Source: Pirellulales bacterium (GTDB lineage: Bacteria; Planctomycetota; Planctomycetia; Pirellulales; JAEUIK01). Taken from it: 64,000 bases of DNA. The DNA is taken from NCBI GenBank assembly GCA_019694435.1, contig JAIBBZ010000004.1, positions 22,922 through 86,921 of the forward strand, read 5' to 3'. Position 1 is the first letter of the stretch. Each line of letters starts with the position of its first letter. The position numbers were made by a program, and so were the translations under genes. Shown piece by piece: positions 54,590-64,000 of this stretch. The notes beneath the pieces are model-generated. The model had not been told where the DNA came from, ran no database searches, and saw only the letters and a program-made list of their open reading frames with translations.

Positions 54590-55402
54590 TCACGAACTGC
54601 GCAAGAATTCCAGGAACGCGGCATTCGTGGCCGCGGGATTTTCCAGCGGGGCCATGTGGCCCGCAGCGCCGATCTCGACGAACCGGGCGCCGGCGATCTG
54701 GCCGGCCAGCTTCCGCATCTCGTCGAGCGGAGTGATCGCGTCGTCCGTGCCGCAGAGCACCAATGTCGGCACGTCGATCTGCACCAACAGGTCGGTGCTG
54801 TCCTGCCGCGCGGCCATACCGCGCAGCGCCGCGGCGATCGTGGTTGCGGGCGTGCCTTCGATCGTGGCTCGACACGCGGCGATGATCTCGGACCGTTCGG
54901 CGAGCGTCTGGGCGGCAAACAGCTTGGGCACCATCGCGCGGGCCAGGACCGCGCGCCCTTCGCGCGCGACGGTGGCGGCCGTTTGCAGCCGTCCACGCGC
55001 CGTTTCGGTCGTATCGGGCAGCGCGCGGGTATCGCACAGCATCAGCCGCCCGACGCGCCGGCGATGCCGGCGCCAGAACTGCCAACCGATGTAACCGCCC
55101 ATCGATAGGCCGCAGAACGTCACCTGTTCGTCGATCGCCAGCCCGTCGAGCAGCGCGGCCAGGTCGTCGGCGAATTGCTCCATGGGCAGCACTTCGGGCG
55201 CCGTCCCGTCGGCAGCAACCGCGCTACCGCCGAAGCCGCGCAGGTCGGGCGCCACGACGCGGTACGAACTCGCCAGAACCGGAATCTGCTCGCACCACAT
55301 CGTGTGATCGAGCGGAAAACCGTGAACGAGCAATACGACCGGCCCGGCGCCTTCGTCGAGCACTTGCAGCCGCGTGCCCGCAACCTCGACGTGTTTCCGC
55401 AT
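54590..55402 (-). CDS. Alpha/beta hydrolase fold protein
   Basis: Nucleophile elbow GLSMGG. HGFPLDHTMW near the N-terminus. The catalytic His sits in GAAGHMAPLE. 270 aa. Confidence 0.8.
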   Translation of the reverse strand: MRKHVEVAGTRLQVLDEGAGPVVLLVHGFPLDHTMWCEQIPVLASSYRVVAPDLRGFGGSAVAADGTAPEVLPMEQFADDLAALLDGLAIDEQVTFCGLSMGGYIGWQFWRRHRRRVGRLMLCDTRALPDTTETARGRLQTAATVAREGRAVLARAMVPKLFAAQTLAERSEIIAACRATIEGTPATTIAAALRGMAARQDSTDLLVQIDVPTLVLCGTDDAITPLDEMRKLAGQIAGARFVEIGAAGHMAPLENPAATNAAFLEFLRSS

Positions 55403-55405
55403 GGC

Positions 55406-55948
55406 TCAGCCCAGGGTTCGGACAATCCACTGCACGACGAACACCGGCACCATGGCCCAACCCAACCAGATGAGCCAGGGGGCATGCCAGGCCGCTTGTC
55501 CCGCGCGCAGGCGGCAGAGCTGCCAGCCGCGATAGGGGACCTGCGCCGCCACGGCGGCGAACAACAGAATGCCCGCCGGATGAAAACGCCACGCGTCGGC
55601 CAGCCGTCCGTGCGCCAGCGAGATGAAGCATCGCGTCAGGCCGCAGCCGGGGCAGGGGGCCTGGAAATAGCGCTGCCAGAGACACAGTTCCGGCAGCGGT
55701 TGCCCGGCCAGCGGTAACACGACGTAGCGCTCCGCGCGCACTTCCAACAGCAGGGCGGCGGTCAACACGAACAGCGCGCCGCCCAGCGCCGTCCAATGCC
55801 AGGCCGGATCTTCAATCGGGTGGAGCTGGCAGGTGGGCCGCTCGGCGGGAGCAATCTCCCGGCCGCGCGGCACGCTGCAGTCCGACTCGTCGACCACCAC
55901 CACTCGTGGCGCTCGTTCGAGCGACTCGGCCGCCGCGGTCGTGCTCAC
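55406..55948 (-). CDS. DUF2752 domain membrane protein
   Basis: CPGCGLTR motif and 3-4 TM helices in the C-terminal 130 aa. The proposed GTG start overlaps the upstream TPR gene's stop as GTGA. Its own stop is 3 nt before the hydrolase ATG. Confidence 0.55.
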   Translation of the reverse strand: MSTTAAAESLERAPRVVVVDESDCSVPRGREIAPAERPTCQLHPIEDPAWHWTALGGALFVLTAALLLEVRAERYVVLPLAGQPLPELCLWQRYFQAPCPGCGLTRCFISLAHGRLADAWRFHPAGILLFAAVAAQVPYRGWQLCRLRAGQAAWHAPWLIWLGWAMVPVFVVQWIVRTLG

Positions 55949-57906
55949 GGCTGGCCCGCCTTCGCTCGGCGCTCGGCGAGTGCTTGCTGGAAAAACGCCA
56001 ATTGCTTGCTCATCAGGCCCGTCTGGGGCTCGAGCCGCACGGCCTTGGTCTGCGTTGCGACGGCCTGTTCGAGATCGCCGGCAAAGTAGTAACAGCGGCC
56101 CAGCGTGTCGAGATAGCCAGGCGCGTTGGGCATCAGCTCCAGCGACTTTTTCGAGGCCTGGATGGCCTCGTTGGCGTCGCCCTCGGTGTTCGAGATCAGC
56201 CAGGCCAGTTGGTTGTAAGGCGTCGGCACCTCGGGGTCGCGCTGAATCTGGTTGCGAAAGATCTCGGCCGCCTCGCGCACGCGCGTCCTGATCTCGTTGC
56301 GTTTGGCCTCGGGCAGGTCCGGCAGATGAAACAGCCCGATCAGCACGTCGGCATCGGTAGGATCGAGCGGCAACGCGGCCTCGAACTCGGCCATGGCTCG
56401 CGCCCAATCTTTTTTCGCCACGGCATCGGCGCCGCGGAAGAAGTACATTCGCCGCTTGGTCACGTCGGGATCGTAGTTCGTGCTCGCCGGGACGTCCTGG
56501 CCGGCGGCGATCTGGGCCTCGAACACGGCGTTGATCGCCGCGGCCGCTTCGGCGGCTCCGGCGTCGTCGCCGCGGTCGTGCAGGATCTCGGCCAGCTCTT
56601 GTTCGGCACGCATTACGTAGACGTTATCCGGCGGGCCGATCTCGATGATCTTGCGATATTCGGCCTCGCACCACCGCGTCCAGCCGCGATTGTGTAAGAA
56701 CATCGTCACGCTGTAATGTTCGCCCAGGTCCTTGGGGTTCAATTCCAGCGTGCGCGCCGCGAGCTTGTCGGCTGCCTCGCGCTGCCCCTGTGCCTCGCGC
56801 GCGAAGGCCAGTGTATAGGCCAGGTGCGGCTGCTGTTGAATGCTCGCGGCGAAACGCTCGGCGGTCGCGTCGACGGCTCGCCACGCGCGGTGCGCCACGA
56901 GCCAGTGCAGCAGCTCGATCAGCGAGCCCGGTTCGCTGCCCGCCAGGGGCACCATCCGCAGCGTCGTTTCTTCCGCCTCGGCCTGCCGCCCGGTAGCTTC
57001 CATCCAGGCCACGTGCTGTCGCAACAGCGTCTTGACGATCTCCGGGGCGGTCAACTGCGGGAAACGTTCGAGGTTTTCGATCTCCGTCACCAGCAGCGGC
57101 TGCCATTGCACGATCGCCTCGGGCATCTCCTTGCGCATCCGCACATAGGCCCGCAGCCAATTCGCCGCGGGGCGCGGGCTCGAGCCCAGGCTGCTCGTGA
57201 TCGTCTGGGCTCGGGCGTCCCAGCGGGCGTCGTCGAACGCGGCGATCGGGTCGGCCTGGGGCGGGGTTGCTTCGGCCACGGCGCGGGCCGCCGTCTCATC
57301 GAACGGCTGACCCGTGACCATGTTTTCGATCGATGTTTCCGCGAGCCCCTGGCTCATGATTGCCAGTGCTGCACGCTTCGACCACGCGTCCGATTTCAGA
57401 AACCGCGTCAGCCGGCACAACGCGGGCAGACCCACATCGTTGGCCATCGTGGCCAGCTTCTTGAGCCGCTCTTCGCGGTTGTTTTCGTCGGCCGTTTCAA
57501 AGCCGTCGAGCAAATTCTTGACCTCGGCCGGGTCGTCGGCCAGGGTCAGTTCGACCTGCATGCGCCGCAGCAGGTAGCGCACCCGGGCGGCGATTTCGAT
57601 GTCCTCGCTTCCCTCGGCGAGCGTGAGTGCATCGAACGCCTCGAGCCCGATGGCGGCGAGCTCCTCCTGAGCCTTCTCGCGAACAAAAAAGCTGTCGTCG
57701 CCCAATTGGGCAATCAGCTTTTGCAACCGCTCGGCGAGTGCCCCCTTGGCTGTGGCCCCGTCGGCCAGTGCCGCTGGTGGAGTCTCCTGGGCACGCAACA
57801 AACCGGCATGCAGCCCTGCGGTGAGGCTCACCGCGGCGATTCCCGCGATGACCCAGCCGGCTCGACGAAGCCGTCGGTTCCGGGTCCTGCTGCGCACAAC
57901 GCTCAT
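55945..57906 (-). CDS. Tetratricopeptide-repeat (TPR) protein with N-terminal signal/anchor
   Basis: 653 aa. N-terminal hydrophobic segment (WVIAGIAAVSLTAGLHAGLL). Multiple TPR-like Ala/Leu/Tyr-spaced repeats (e.g. AEYRKIIEIGPPDNVYVMRAEQELAEILHDRGDDAG; NEAIQASKKSLELMPNAPGYLDTLGRCYYFAGDLEQAVA). Confidence 0.7.
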   Translation of the reverse strand: MSVVRSRTRNRRLRRAGWVIAGIAAVSLTAGLHAGLLRAQETPPAALADGATAKGALAERLQKLIAQLGDDSFFVREKAQEELAAIGLEAFDALTLAEGSEDIEIAARVRYLLRRMQVELTLADDPAEVKNLLDGFETADENNREERLKKLATMANDVGLPALCRLTRFLKSDAWSKRAALAIMSQGLAETSIENMVTGQPFDETAARAVAEATPPQADPIAAFDDARWDARAQTITSSLGSSPRPAANWLRAYVRMRKEMPEAIVQWQPLLVTEIENLERFPQLTAPEIVKTLLRQHVAWMEATGRQAEAEETTLRMVPLAGSEPGSLIELLHWLVAHRAWRAVDATAERFAASIQQQPHLAYTLAFAREAQGQREAADKLAARTLELNPKDLGEHYSVTMFLHNRGWTRWCEAEYRKIIEIGPPDNVYVMRAEQELAEILHDRGDDAGAAEAAAAINAVFEAQIAAGQDVPASTNYDPDVTKRRMYFFRGADAVAKKDWARAMAEFEAALPLDPTDADVLIGLFHLPDLPEAKRNEIRTRVREAAEIFRNQIQRDPEVPTPYNQLAWLISNTEGDANEAIQASKKSLELMPNAPGYLDTLGRCYYFAGDLEQAVATQTKAVRLEPQTGLMSKQLAFFQQALAERRAKAGQP

Positions 57907-58047
57907 CGATCTGACCTTCCTTCAGAGGGCGGGCGGTCCCTCATGTTCAGCATACTGCTGGCTTGGCAAACCGGGCAAGATTTGTGGGCTGGCGAGGCGT
58001 CCTTCGACGCCGTCGCGCCCGGCCGACGATTGCAGTCCGACCGGCCC

Positions 58048-58659
58048 TCAAGGAGCGGCCGGCGCTTCGAGCGCGGCGACGACGGCAGCCTCGATTTCTT
58101 CCGGCTTGGCCAAATGGCTCGTCGGATCGCCCGCCAGGAACTTCTTGACGACCTGTCCGTTGCGATCGATCACCTGGTAATGAGGTAGCACCGAGTTTTC
58201 GACGCCGAGCATGGTGTAGGCCGCGTCGTCCGAGCCGTGGGCATTGATAAAGGCGGGGAAGTGAGCCCCCTGGGCTTGAAGGAACTCAGCGATCGAGCGC
58301 CGCGTGCCTGCGTCCGCTTCGTCAAAGGCCACGGCCACGACGACCAGTCCGCGATCGGCCAGCTTGCGGTGCAGTGCCACGGTATGCGGAAACTGCTCCT
58401 TGCAGGTGCCGCACCAGGTGGCCCAGCAGTCGAGAAACACGACCTTGCCGTGCTGCTCGGCGAGAAACCGTGCCCAGCCCGCCTCGTCGAGCGTCGCTAG
58501 CGCCGCGGGATCGATCGCCGTGCCGGAATCTGTCTGAGGCGCGGGGTTCGCGGCCGTGGCTTGTGGCGCGGTTGCATTCGCCGCGGGCTCGTCCGGCGCG
58601 CACCCGGCGAGCGTTCCCAGCAGTACGACGGCGACCGAACGTCGACTGAACCCGAACAT
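58048..58659 (-). CDS. TlpA-like thiol:disulfide oxidoreductase lipoprotein (thioredoxin fold)
   Basis: Lipobox LLGTLAGC. CxxC active site WATWCGTC. Confidence 0.8.
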   Translation of the reverse strand: MFGFSRRSVAVVLLGTLAGCAPDEPAANATAPQATAANPAPQTDSGTAIDPAALATLDEAGWARFLAEQHGKVVFLDCWATWCGTCKEQFPHTVALHRKLADRGLVVVAVAFDEADAGTRRSIAEFLQAQGAHFPAFINAHGSDDAAYTMLGVENSVLPHYQVIDRNGQVVKKFLAGDPTSHLAKPEEIEAAVVAALEAPAAP

Positions 58660-58758
58660 GGCTCATCTCCGCGTCGAGAAAAAGCAGCCGCCGCCGAGGA
58701 CGATCGACGTGCTCGGCGGCGGTGATATTATCCGATCGCTGATCCGGCGCTGGGCCGC

Positions 58759-59364
58759 TCAGTTATAGGCAATGCCGCAGCCTTGCTGCTTGGTCTCCGG
58801 CGTCGCGGGCTGCTTGCCGGCGAGCACGGCATCGAGCGCCTCGCGCAGGTATTCCTTCTTCACCTGCTCAAACGGGCTGTCGTCCAGGGCGCCCATGTAA
58901 GCCACGTTGCGCTGCTGGTCGAGCACGAAGAAGTGCGGCGTGACGGTGGCGCCGAAGTCGCGCGCCGACTGCTGCGACTCGTCGTAGAGGTACGGGAAAT
59001 TGAATCCCTTCTCCTCGGCCCGCTCCTTCATCTTGTCGAGCTTGTCTTCATCGTTCGTGTTGACGTTGATCGCCACGAACTGCACGCCCTTGTCGGCGTA
59101 TTCCTTCTGCAGTTGGATGATCCGGTCTTCGTAGGCAATCGCCACGGGGCACTTGTTGCAGGTGAACACTGCGACGATGACCTTCTTGTCTTTGAAATCG
59201 TCGAGGCCATAGTTCTTGCCATCGACGCCTACGACGCCCTTGAACGTGGGGGCTTTGTCACCGACGCTCAGCACCTTGTTGAACCGGCCGGCCCACCCGG
59301 TCGAGGCCAGCGACAGCACGCAGCCCAGGGCCACGGCAACCACGATACTCATGCGACGAACCAT
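58759..59364 (-). CDS. Thioredoxin-fold redoxin (AhpC/TSA/TlpA-like) secreted protein
   Basis: AAGGAG lies 6 nt upstream of the ATG. Signal peptide. CxxC motif VFTCNKCPV. The start is set at MVRRM; the track ORF begins 14 codons upstream. Confidence 0.75.
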   Translation of the reverse strand: MVRRMSIVVAVALGCVLSLASTGWAGRFNKVLSVGDKAPTFKGVVGVDGKNYGLDDFKDKKVIVAVFTCNKCPVAIAYEDRIIQLQKEYADKGVQFVAINVNTNDEDKLDKMKERAEEKGFNFPYLYDESQQSARDFGATVTPHFFVLDQQRNVAYMGALDDSPFEQVKKEYLREALDAVLAGKQPATPETKQQGCGIAYN

Positions 59365-59707
59365 GCGGATCTCCTTGGATCGAAGTCTCGAAGGACGGCG
59401 TTGCACAGGCAGGAAATAAAGACCGCCCGCCGCATCGGAGAGCCGCGGGCAGGGTGTGTCGCAGGGGGGTAAGTTTGCGTAGTCTGGCCCGGCCGGACGG
59501 CAGTGTCAACGATCACCGGGGCCGTGCGCCGCCACCCCGATCACGGCGCGCAGACGACCGTCCTTCCAGCTACGCTCACCGCACCGTGCCGGTTCGCGCC
59601 GCGGGGCAAAAAAATTCGCGGGCGCGACACTCCTGTGGGATACTAGCCTCCGCCATTGGTGCGCAAGGGGCGTGCAACTCAGGTGAATGCTTGGGCGAGG
59701 GGGGAGG

Positions 59708-61852
59708 ATGACGGCTCGATTGCTTCATTTGTTGGCAAACCGTTTTCTTCGCGGCGTGCTGGCAGGTCCTGCGCTGTGGTTCGCACTTGCGGCGACCGGT
59801 CTCGGCATGGCGCCCGGGCAGGATCAGACGCCCGCCAAGCCGGGGGCGCCCCCCACGAACCAGCCGGCGCCGCCGAAGCCACCGATCAAGCTTCCGGGTG
59901 CAGTGGTTCGGCCCGGCACGCCTGAGAAGAAGCCCCCGCGTCCCGCGGAGTTCGCCGATTGGACGCCGGACGATTTTCGCAACGAGCAGGCCGAAGGCGG
60001 CAACAAGTTCGCCGCGGCCGTGGCCTTTCTCGCCGCATCGAAGCCGGGCGACGCAGAGGTCGCGGCGCTGCTGATCGATTTGCTGACCTTCAAGGAGCCG
60101 CCCGCGCCGGAGGCCCCGTCCGGCAACGAGCAAGAGCAGAAACGCGCCGCCGACGCCCGGCAGCGTGACATCGACAACGCGCGCCGCCGCTCGGCGAGCA
60201 GCATGAAGCCGCTGCTGCAGGCCCTGGCCGCGAATGGCAGCGACCCGGCCTTTGCAGCCATTCAGCAGGTGCTCGCCGGAAGTCTCGACACCGGTGCCGA
60301 AGACAAGCAAGCCGCGCCCACCGCGCTCGAAGCCCTCATGGCCATGGCGCATCCGGGCGTCGACGCGTTGCTGCTGGCGTCGATCACGCAGCCGCAAACG
60401 ATCCGCACCCCCGAGCGTACGACTTGGACAGCCGACGATCTGCAGAAGCTCGCCTTGCGTTTGGTCGCACAGCGCACAAGCCCCGAGCTGCGCGCGCAAC
60501 TGGCTGCATTTGCCGCGAAACGCACCACGCCGGAGGAGATCCAGCGGACGCTCCAGTCGATGCTGGTGCAGAATCGTCCGGAAAACCTCAAGGCCCAGGT
60601 CGCGATGTATCTCGAGCCGGGTACGGCCGACGCCCTCCGCGCCCAATTGCTCAAACAGTTCACCACCTATAGCGCTGCGGCTTGCGACGAACTGCTCGGG
60701 CTTCCTGCCGGCACGGATAGCGCGAGCGGCAGCGGCGGGCGCACCCCGAGCGCGCCGGCGGCATCGTCTGCTGTGCCTGCTGCTCCGGCCCTCGACGCCA
60801 CGGCCCTGACGGTCCGCGATCTATGGACGCCGGCGTTCCTCGAAGCCGTGCAGGCCGAAGTGGCGGCGATCGAAAGCCTTGACCAGGGGATGCCGATCTT
60901 CGCGCTGGCGCTCTCGCTGCCGGTCGACGTGATTCGCAAGCAGGTGCACGACAAACTACAGTCCGATTGGCGCGGAGCGGCCGAAAAGACGGCGCTCCCG
61001 GCCCAGCTCGTCGGGCTGATTCACGATCCGGGCATGCTGCTCACGATCAAGCTCACGCCGCGCAAGGACGACCCGGCGGTCCGCGCCAAGCGGCGCGGCC
61101 AACCGAACGGCACGCCGCAACAGGCTGCCCGACCGCGCACGCGGCCCACGCCTGCAGCCGATCGGCAAGCGAAAGAAGACAAGGCGATGTACGCCTGGAT
61201 GGACGCGAGCGAACGGCTGATCGTGGCGATCAATGCCCGGCTGCAGGCCGCGGCGAAGCTGCGCGCTCTGGCCGCCGAGGTGCAGGCCGAGGCCGCCGAC
61301 GCGGCGCCGGATGCTCCCGCGGCGCCCGCTGCCGCAGATGACAAGAACGCGGATGCCAACGGTGCGGCTTCGGCCGATTCCGGCGGCTCCGCGGCCAACA
61401 GTCCCGATCGTCCAGAGGATGATCCCTTCGGCAATCAAGACACCAACGCCGCGCAGCGGGGCAACTTGCCCGTCAAGTTGCACCCCGGCGCCAAGGTCGC
61501 GGCCGAGTTTCACGTCGTCTGGCCCGACGACGCGGCGGCCCGGGTGCCCGACGCACCGGTCGGCGGCATGGTCCTGCACTATGTGCGAATCGAAGAACTG
61601 GGCCAGTTGTTGAAGCTGAACGCGTACTACCAGAAGGAACTGAAGAAGTCGAACAACCGCTACCTGGAGCTCGAGGGCCGCTGGCTCGACGCGATCCGGC
61701 CCGACACGCGCGCCGGCTGGCAGCAATCGGTCGACATTTTCTTTACCCGGCCCGGCGCCAAGGAAGAACCGCCCGGCGACCGTCCCAAGCGCCGTTCCAA
61801 CGAGCCGGAGAACCTGGTGATCGAAATCCTGTCGATCTCACGGCCCGAGTAG
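59708..61852 (+). CDS. Hypothetical secreted Ala/Pro-rich protein
   Basis: N-terminal hydrophobic segment, a Pro-rich linker (PAKPGAPPTNQPAPPKPPIKLPG), then a long Ala-rich helical region. No catalytic motif recognised. Confidence 0.45.
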   Translation: MTARLLHLLANRFLRGVLAGPALWFALAATGLGMAPGQDQTPAKPGAPPTNQPAPPKPPIKLPGAVVRPGTPEKKPPRPAEFADWTPDDFRNEQAEGGNKFAAAVAFLAASKPGDAEVAALLIDLLTFKEPPAPEAPSGNEQEQKRAADARQRDIDNARRRSASSMKPLLQALAANGSDPAFAAIQQVLAGSLDTGAEDKQAAPTALEALMAMAHPGVDALLLASITQPQTIRTPERTTWTADDLQKLALRLVAQRTSPELRAQLAAFAAKRTTPEEIQRTLQSMLVQNRPENLKAQVAMYLEPGTADALRAQLLKQFTTYSAAACDELLGLPAGTDSASGSGGRTPSAPAASSAVPAAPALDATALTVRDLWTPAFLEAVQAEVAAIESLDQGMPIFALALSLPVDVIRKQVHDKLQSDWRGAAEKTALPAQLVGLIHDPGMLLTIKLTPRKDDPAVRAKRRGQPNGTPQQAARPRTRPTPAADRQAKEDKAMYAWMDASERLIVAINARLQAAAKLRALAAEVQAEAADAAPDAPAAPAAADDKNADANGAASADSGGSAANSPDRPEDDPFGNQDTNAAQRGNLPVKLHPGAKVAAEFHVVWPDDAAARVPDAPVGGMVLHYVRIEELGQLLKLNAYYQKELKKSNNRYLELEGRWLDAIRPDTRAGWQQSVDIFFTRPGAKEEPPGDRPKRRSNEPENLVIEILSISRPE

Positions 61853-61878
61853 TGGCAGATCGGACGCGGCTCGCAGGA

Positions 61879-63942
61879 TCAGTCCGTGCCGCCGGCGATC
61901 AATAGCACGACGGATCGTGATTGCGCGCGATACATAGCGCTTTCGTGCACGGGCGCATCTTGCCAGGGCACGATGTCGTCGGGCGAGTCCAAGGCCGTGT
62001 CGATCCACCGGCTCCACGAGCCACCCGAGGGGAGCACGGGCAGTTCGAACTCCAACGGCTCCCAATAGGCGTTGAGGATGAAATGCAGCTTCAAGTCCTC
62101 GAGGCGCAGTTCGGAGTAGAGCGCGACGGCATGCGAGTTCTCGCCCCAGTCGGGCGCGTTCAGTTGCACGCCGTGCCAGGCCTTGACCGCGTCGCGGAGC
62201 AAGGCGTTGAGACTCACGCGCCGGTTTTCTTGTTCGACCGTTCGCATCAGCCGTCGGGCAATCAGCAGTTGGACGAAGCGTAGCAAGTCGGCGTGCCGGT
62301 CCGTCAAGCTCCAGTCGAACCAGCTCAGCTCGTTGTCCTGGCAATAGGCGTTGTTGTTACCGCGTTGCGTACGGCGCACCTCGTCGCCCATCAAGATCAT
62401 GGGTGTGCCCAACGACATCAGCGTCACAGTGAGAAAGTTCTTGATCTGGCGGTTGCGCAGCCGCTCGATCGCCGCGTCAGGGGTCGGGCCTTCGACGCCG
62501 CAGTTCCAACTGCGATTGTCGTTCGCCCCGTCGCGATTGTCCTCGCCGTTGTCCTCGTTGTGCTTCTCGTTGTATGAAACCAGGTCGTTCAGCGTGAAGC
62601 CGTCGTGGCAGGTGACGAAGTTCACGCTTTGCTCCGCTTCGCGTTCTTCGTGCCCGTAGATTTGCGGGCTGCCGACGATGCGGTCGGCCACGCGGCGCAG
62701 CGCGCCCGGTTCGCCGCGGAAGAAATCGCGCACATCGTCGCGAAAGCGGCCGTTCCATTCTTTCCAGGCATCGCCGACGAAACTTCCCACCTGGTACAAG
62801 CCTGCGGCGTCCCAGGCCTCGGCCAGCAGTTTCGTGCCGGCCAGGGCCGGATCGGTCTCGATATCCCAGAGCACCGGCGGGTTCGGCAGCGGCTGCCCCG
62901 TGTCGTCGCGCGCCAGAATCGAGGCGAGATCGAAGCGGAAACCATCGACGTGCATTTCTTGCACCCAGTAGCGCAGGCTGTCGACGATCAGCCGGCGCAC
63001 CACCGGGTGGTTGGCGTTGAACGTGTTGCCGCAGCCGGAGTAGTTGGCATACCGGGCGCCGCCGTCTTCCAACAGGTAATAAGTGGCGTTGTCGATCCCG
63101 CGGAATCCGAGCGTCGGTCCTTCATGGTTTCCTTCGGCCGTGTGGTTGAACACCACATCGAGAATCACTTCGATGCCGGCGCGATGGAGGGCCTTGACCA
63201 GGTCGCGGAACTCGTCGGTCGGCCCGGTCGGGTCGAGCCGCGAGCTGTACGCCTGGTGTGGCGCGAAGAACGAGATCGGCGCGTAGCCCCAGTAGTTCAG
63301 CTTGCCGAGCGGGGCGTCGGTCGGATCGAATTGAAAGACGGGCAACAGCTCGACTGCGGTCACGCCGAGTTCCGCGAGATAGGGAATCTTGTCGATCAAC
63401 CCGGCATAGGTCCCGCGGCGCGCGTCGGGGAGACCCGAGTTGGGGTGTTGCGTGAACCCGCGGACGTGCATCTCGTAAATGATCGTTCGCGCTGCCGGAT
63501 GGCGCGGGTGCCGGTCGCCTTCCCAGTCGTAGGCGCGGGGATCGATCACCACGCTCTTCATCGCCGTGGCCGAATTGTCGCCGGCCGTCGAGGCGGCCTG
63601 CCGGCTGTAGCCCGGCGGGCTCGCCACGCCGCGGCCGTACGGATCGAGCAGCACCTTGGCGGGATCAAACCGCAGCCCGCGCGCGGGCTCGTGCGGCCCA
63701 CTCACACGGTAGCCATAGATTTGCCCTGCCTGCAGGCCGGGCACGAAGGCGTGCCAGTAGTGGTAGGTGTGGTTTTCGACCGGGTCGAGTGGGATGATAC
63801 GCTGGGGTGCGGCGGCATCGACCGCGTCGAACAGCAACAACTCGACGCTCGCTGCGGTGCGGGAAAACAGGCTGAAATTCACACCGCCGGCCGTCACCTT
63901 GGCGCCCAAGGGAGCGGCTTGTCCTGGTTGAACGTCGCTCAT
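61879..63942 (-). CDS. glgX: Glycogen debranching enzyme (isoamylase, GH13)
   Basis: N-terminus MSDVQPGQAAPLGAKVTAGGVNFSLFS is typical of GlgX. GH13 catalytic regions (GFRFDLASIL; EAWDAAG). 687 aa. Confidence 0.85.
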   Translation of the reverse strand: MSDVQPGQAAPLGAKVTAGGVNFSLFSRTAASVELLLFDAVDAAAPQRIIPLDPVENHTYHYWHAFVPGLQAGQIYGYRVSGPHEPARGLRFDPAKVLLDPYGRGVASPPGYSRQAASTAGDNSATAMKSVVIDPRAYDWEGDRHPRHPAARTIIYEMHVRGFTQHPNSGLPDARRGTYAGLIDKIPYLAELGVTAVELLPVFQFDPTDAPLGKLNYWGYAPISFFAPHQAYSSRLDPTGPTDEFRDLVKALHRAGIEVILDVVFNHTAEGNHEGPTLGFRGIDNATYYLLEDGGARYANYSGCGNTFNANHPVVRRLIVDSLRYWVQEMHVDGFRFDLASILARDDTGQPLPNPPVLWDIETDPALAGTKLLAEAWDAAGLYQVGSFVGDAWKEWNGRFRDDVRDFFRGEPGALRRVADRIVGSPQIYGHEEREAEQSVNFVTCHDGFTLNDLVSYNEKHNEDNGEDNRDGANDNRSWNCGVEGPTPDAAIERLRNRQIKNFLTVTLMSLGTPMILMGDEVRRTQRGNNNAYCQDNELSWFDWSLTDRHADLLRFVQLLIARRLMRTVEQENRRVSLNALLRDAVKAWHGVQLNAPDWGENSHAVALYSELRLEDLKLHFILNAYWEPLEFELPVLPSGGSWSRWIDTALDSPDDIVPWQDAPVHESAMYRAQSRSVVLLIAGGTD

Positions 63943-64000
63943 GTGGCACCTCGCTTCTGGGGAGACATCCTGCGAAGTCTTGGCGCGGGCTCCGCCTCAA

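Noticed and set aside
55949-56407. N-terminal 153 codons of track ORF 55406..56407
   Set aside because: They overlap the better-supported TPR gene in another frame on the same strand, and the sequence is Arg-rich low-complexity. The DUF2752 gene is started at the GTG that overlaps the TPR stop.
1-64000. CRISPR arrays, insertion sequences, integrases, prophage genes, rRNA
   Set aside because: None are evident from reading both strands: no short regularly spaced direct repeats, no transposase or integrase motifs (DDE, tyrosine recombinase R-H-R-Y), and no terminal inverted repeats.

Overview
This window is high-GC (roughly 65-68 %) bacterial chromosomal DNA. Its gene content points to a Planctomycetota (Pirellulales-like) genome. 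The main pointers are a PSCyt1/DUF1549/DUF1553 'planctomycete cytochrome' gene followed by its DUF1501 partner, a PQQ-type sugar dehydrogenase fused to c-type cytochrome domains, a dockerin-bearing giant surface protease, a PEP-CTERM protein, and NHL-repeat, LRR and TPR proteins. I call about 45 protein-coding genes and one tRNA (tRNA-His, GTG anticodon), packed densely on both strands. I see no rRNA, CRISPR array, transposase or integrase. Many long six-frame ORFs antisense to real genes, including an 1161-aa ORF opposite the giant gene, are GC artefacts. Several track ORFs are chimeric, carrying a spurious N-terminal extension fused to a real gene. Notable content: (1) an 11.2-kb gene for a ~3740-aa secreted S8 subtilase carrying at least 8 pre-peptidase C-terminal (PPC) domains, a beta-propeller-like insert, a duplicated unrecognised module and a C-terminal dockerin, followed by a PEP-CTERM protein; (2) an apparent operon of an unknown secreted protein plus a split TPP-dependent decarboxylase with separate alpha and beta subunits, resembling sulfopyruvate/phosphonopyruvate decarboxylase ComD/ComE; (3) an NfeD-flotillin pair flanked by two paralogous xylose-isomerase-like TIM-barrel genes; (4) an MBL-fold/DUF1254/DUF1214 fusion gene beside tRNA-His; (5) a low-GC islet encoding a nuclease-like hypothetical and a membrane-anchored LRR protein; (6) a tightly coupled minus-strand operon of TPR protein, DUF2752 and an alpha/beta hydrolase; (7) a DNA-repair and protease neighbourhood (RarA, a PA0069-family radical SAM protein, an EndoIII-like glycosylase, a bacterial legumain-like C13 peptidase and a CPBP protease). 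All domain calls rest on motifs I could read directly in the translations; no database search was run.
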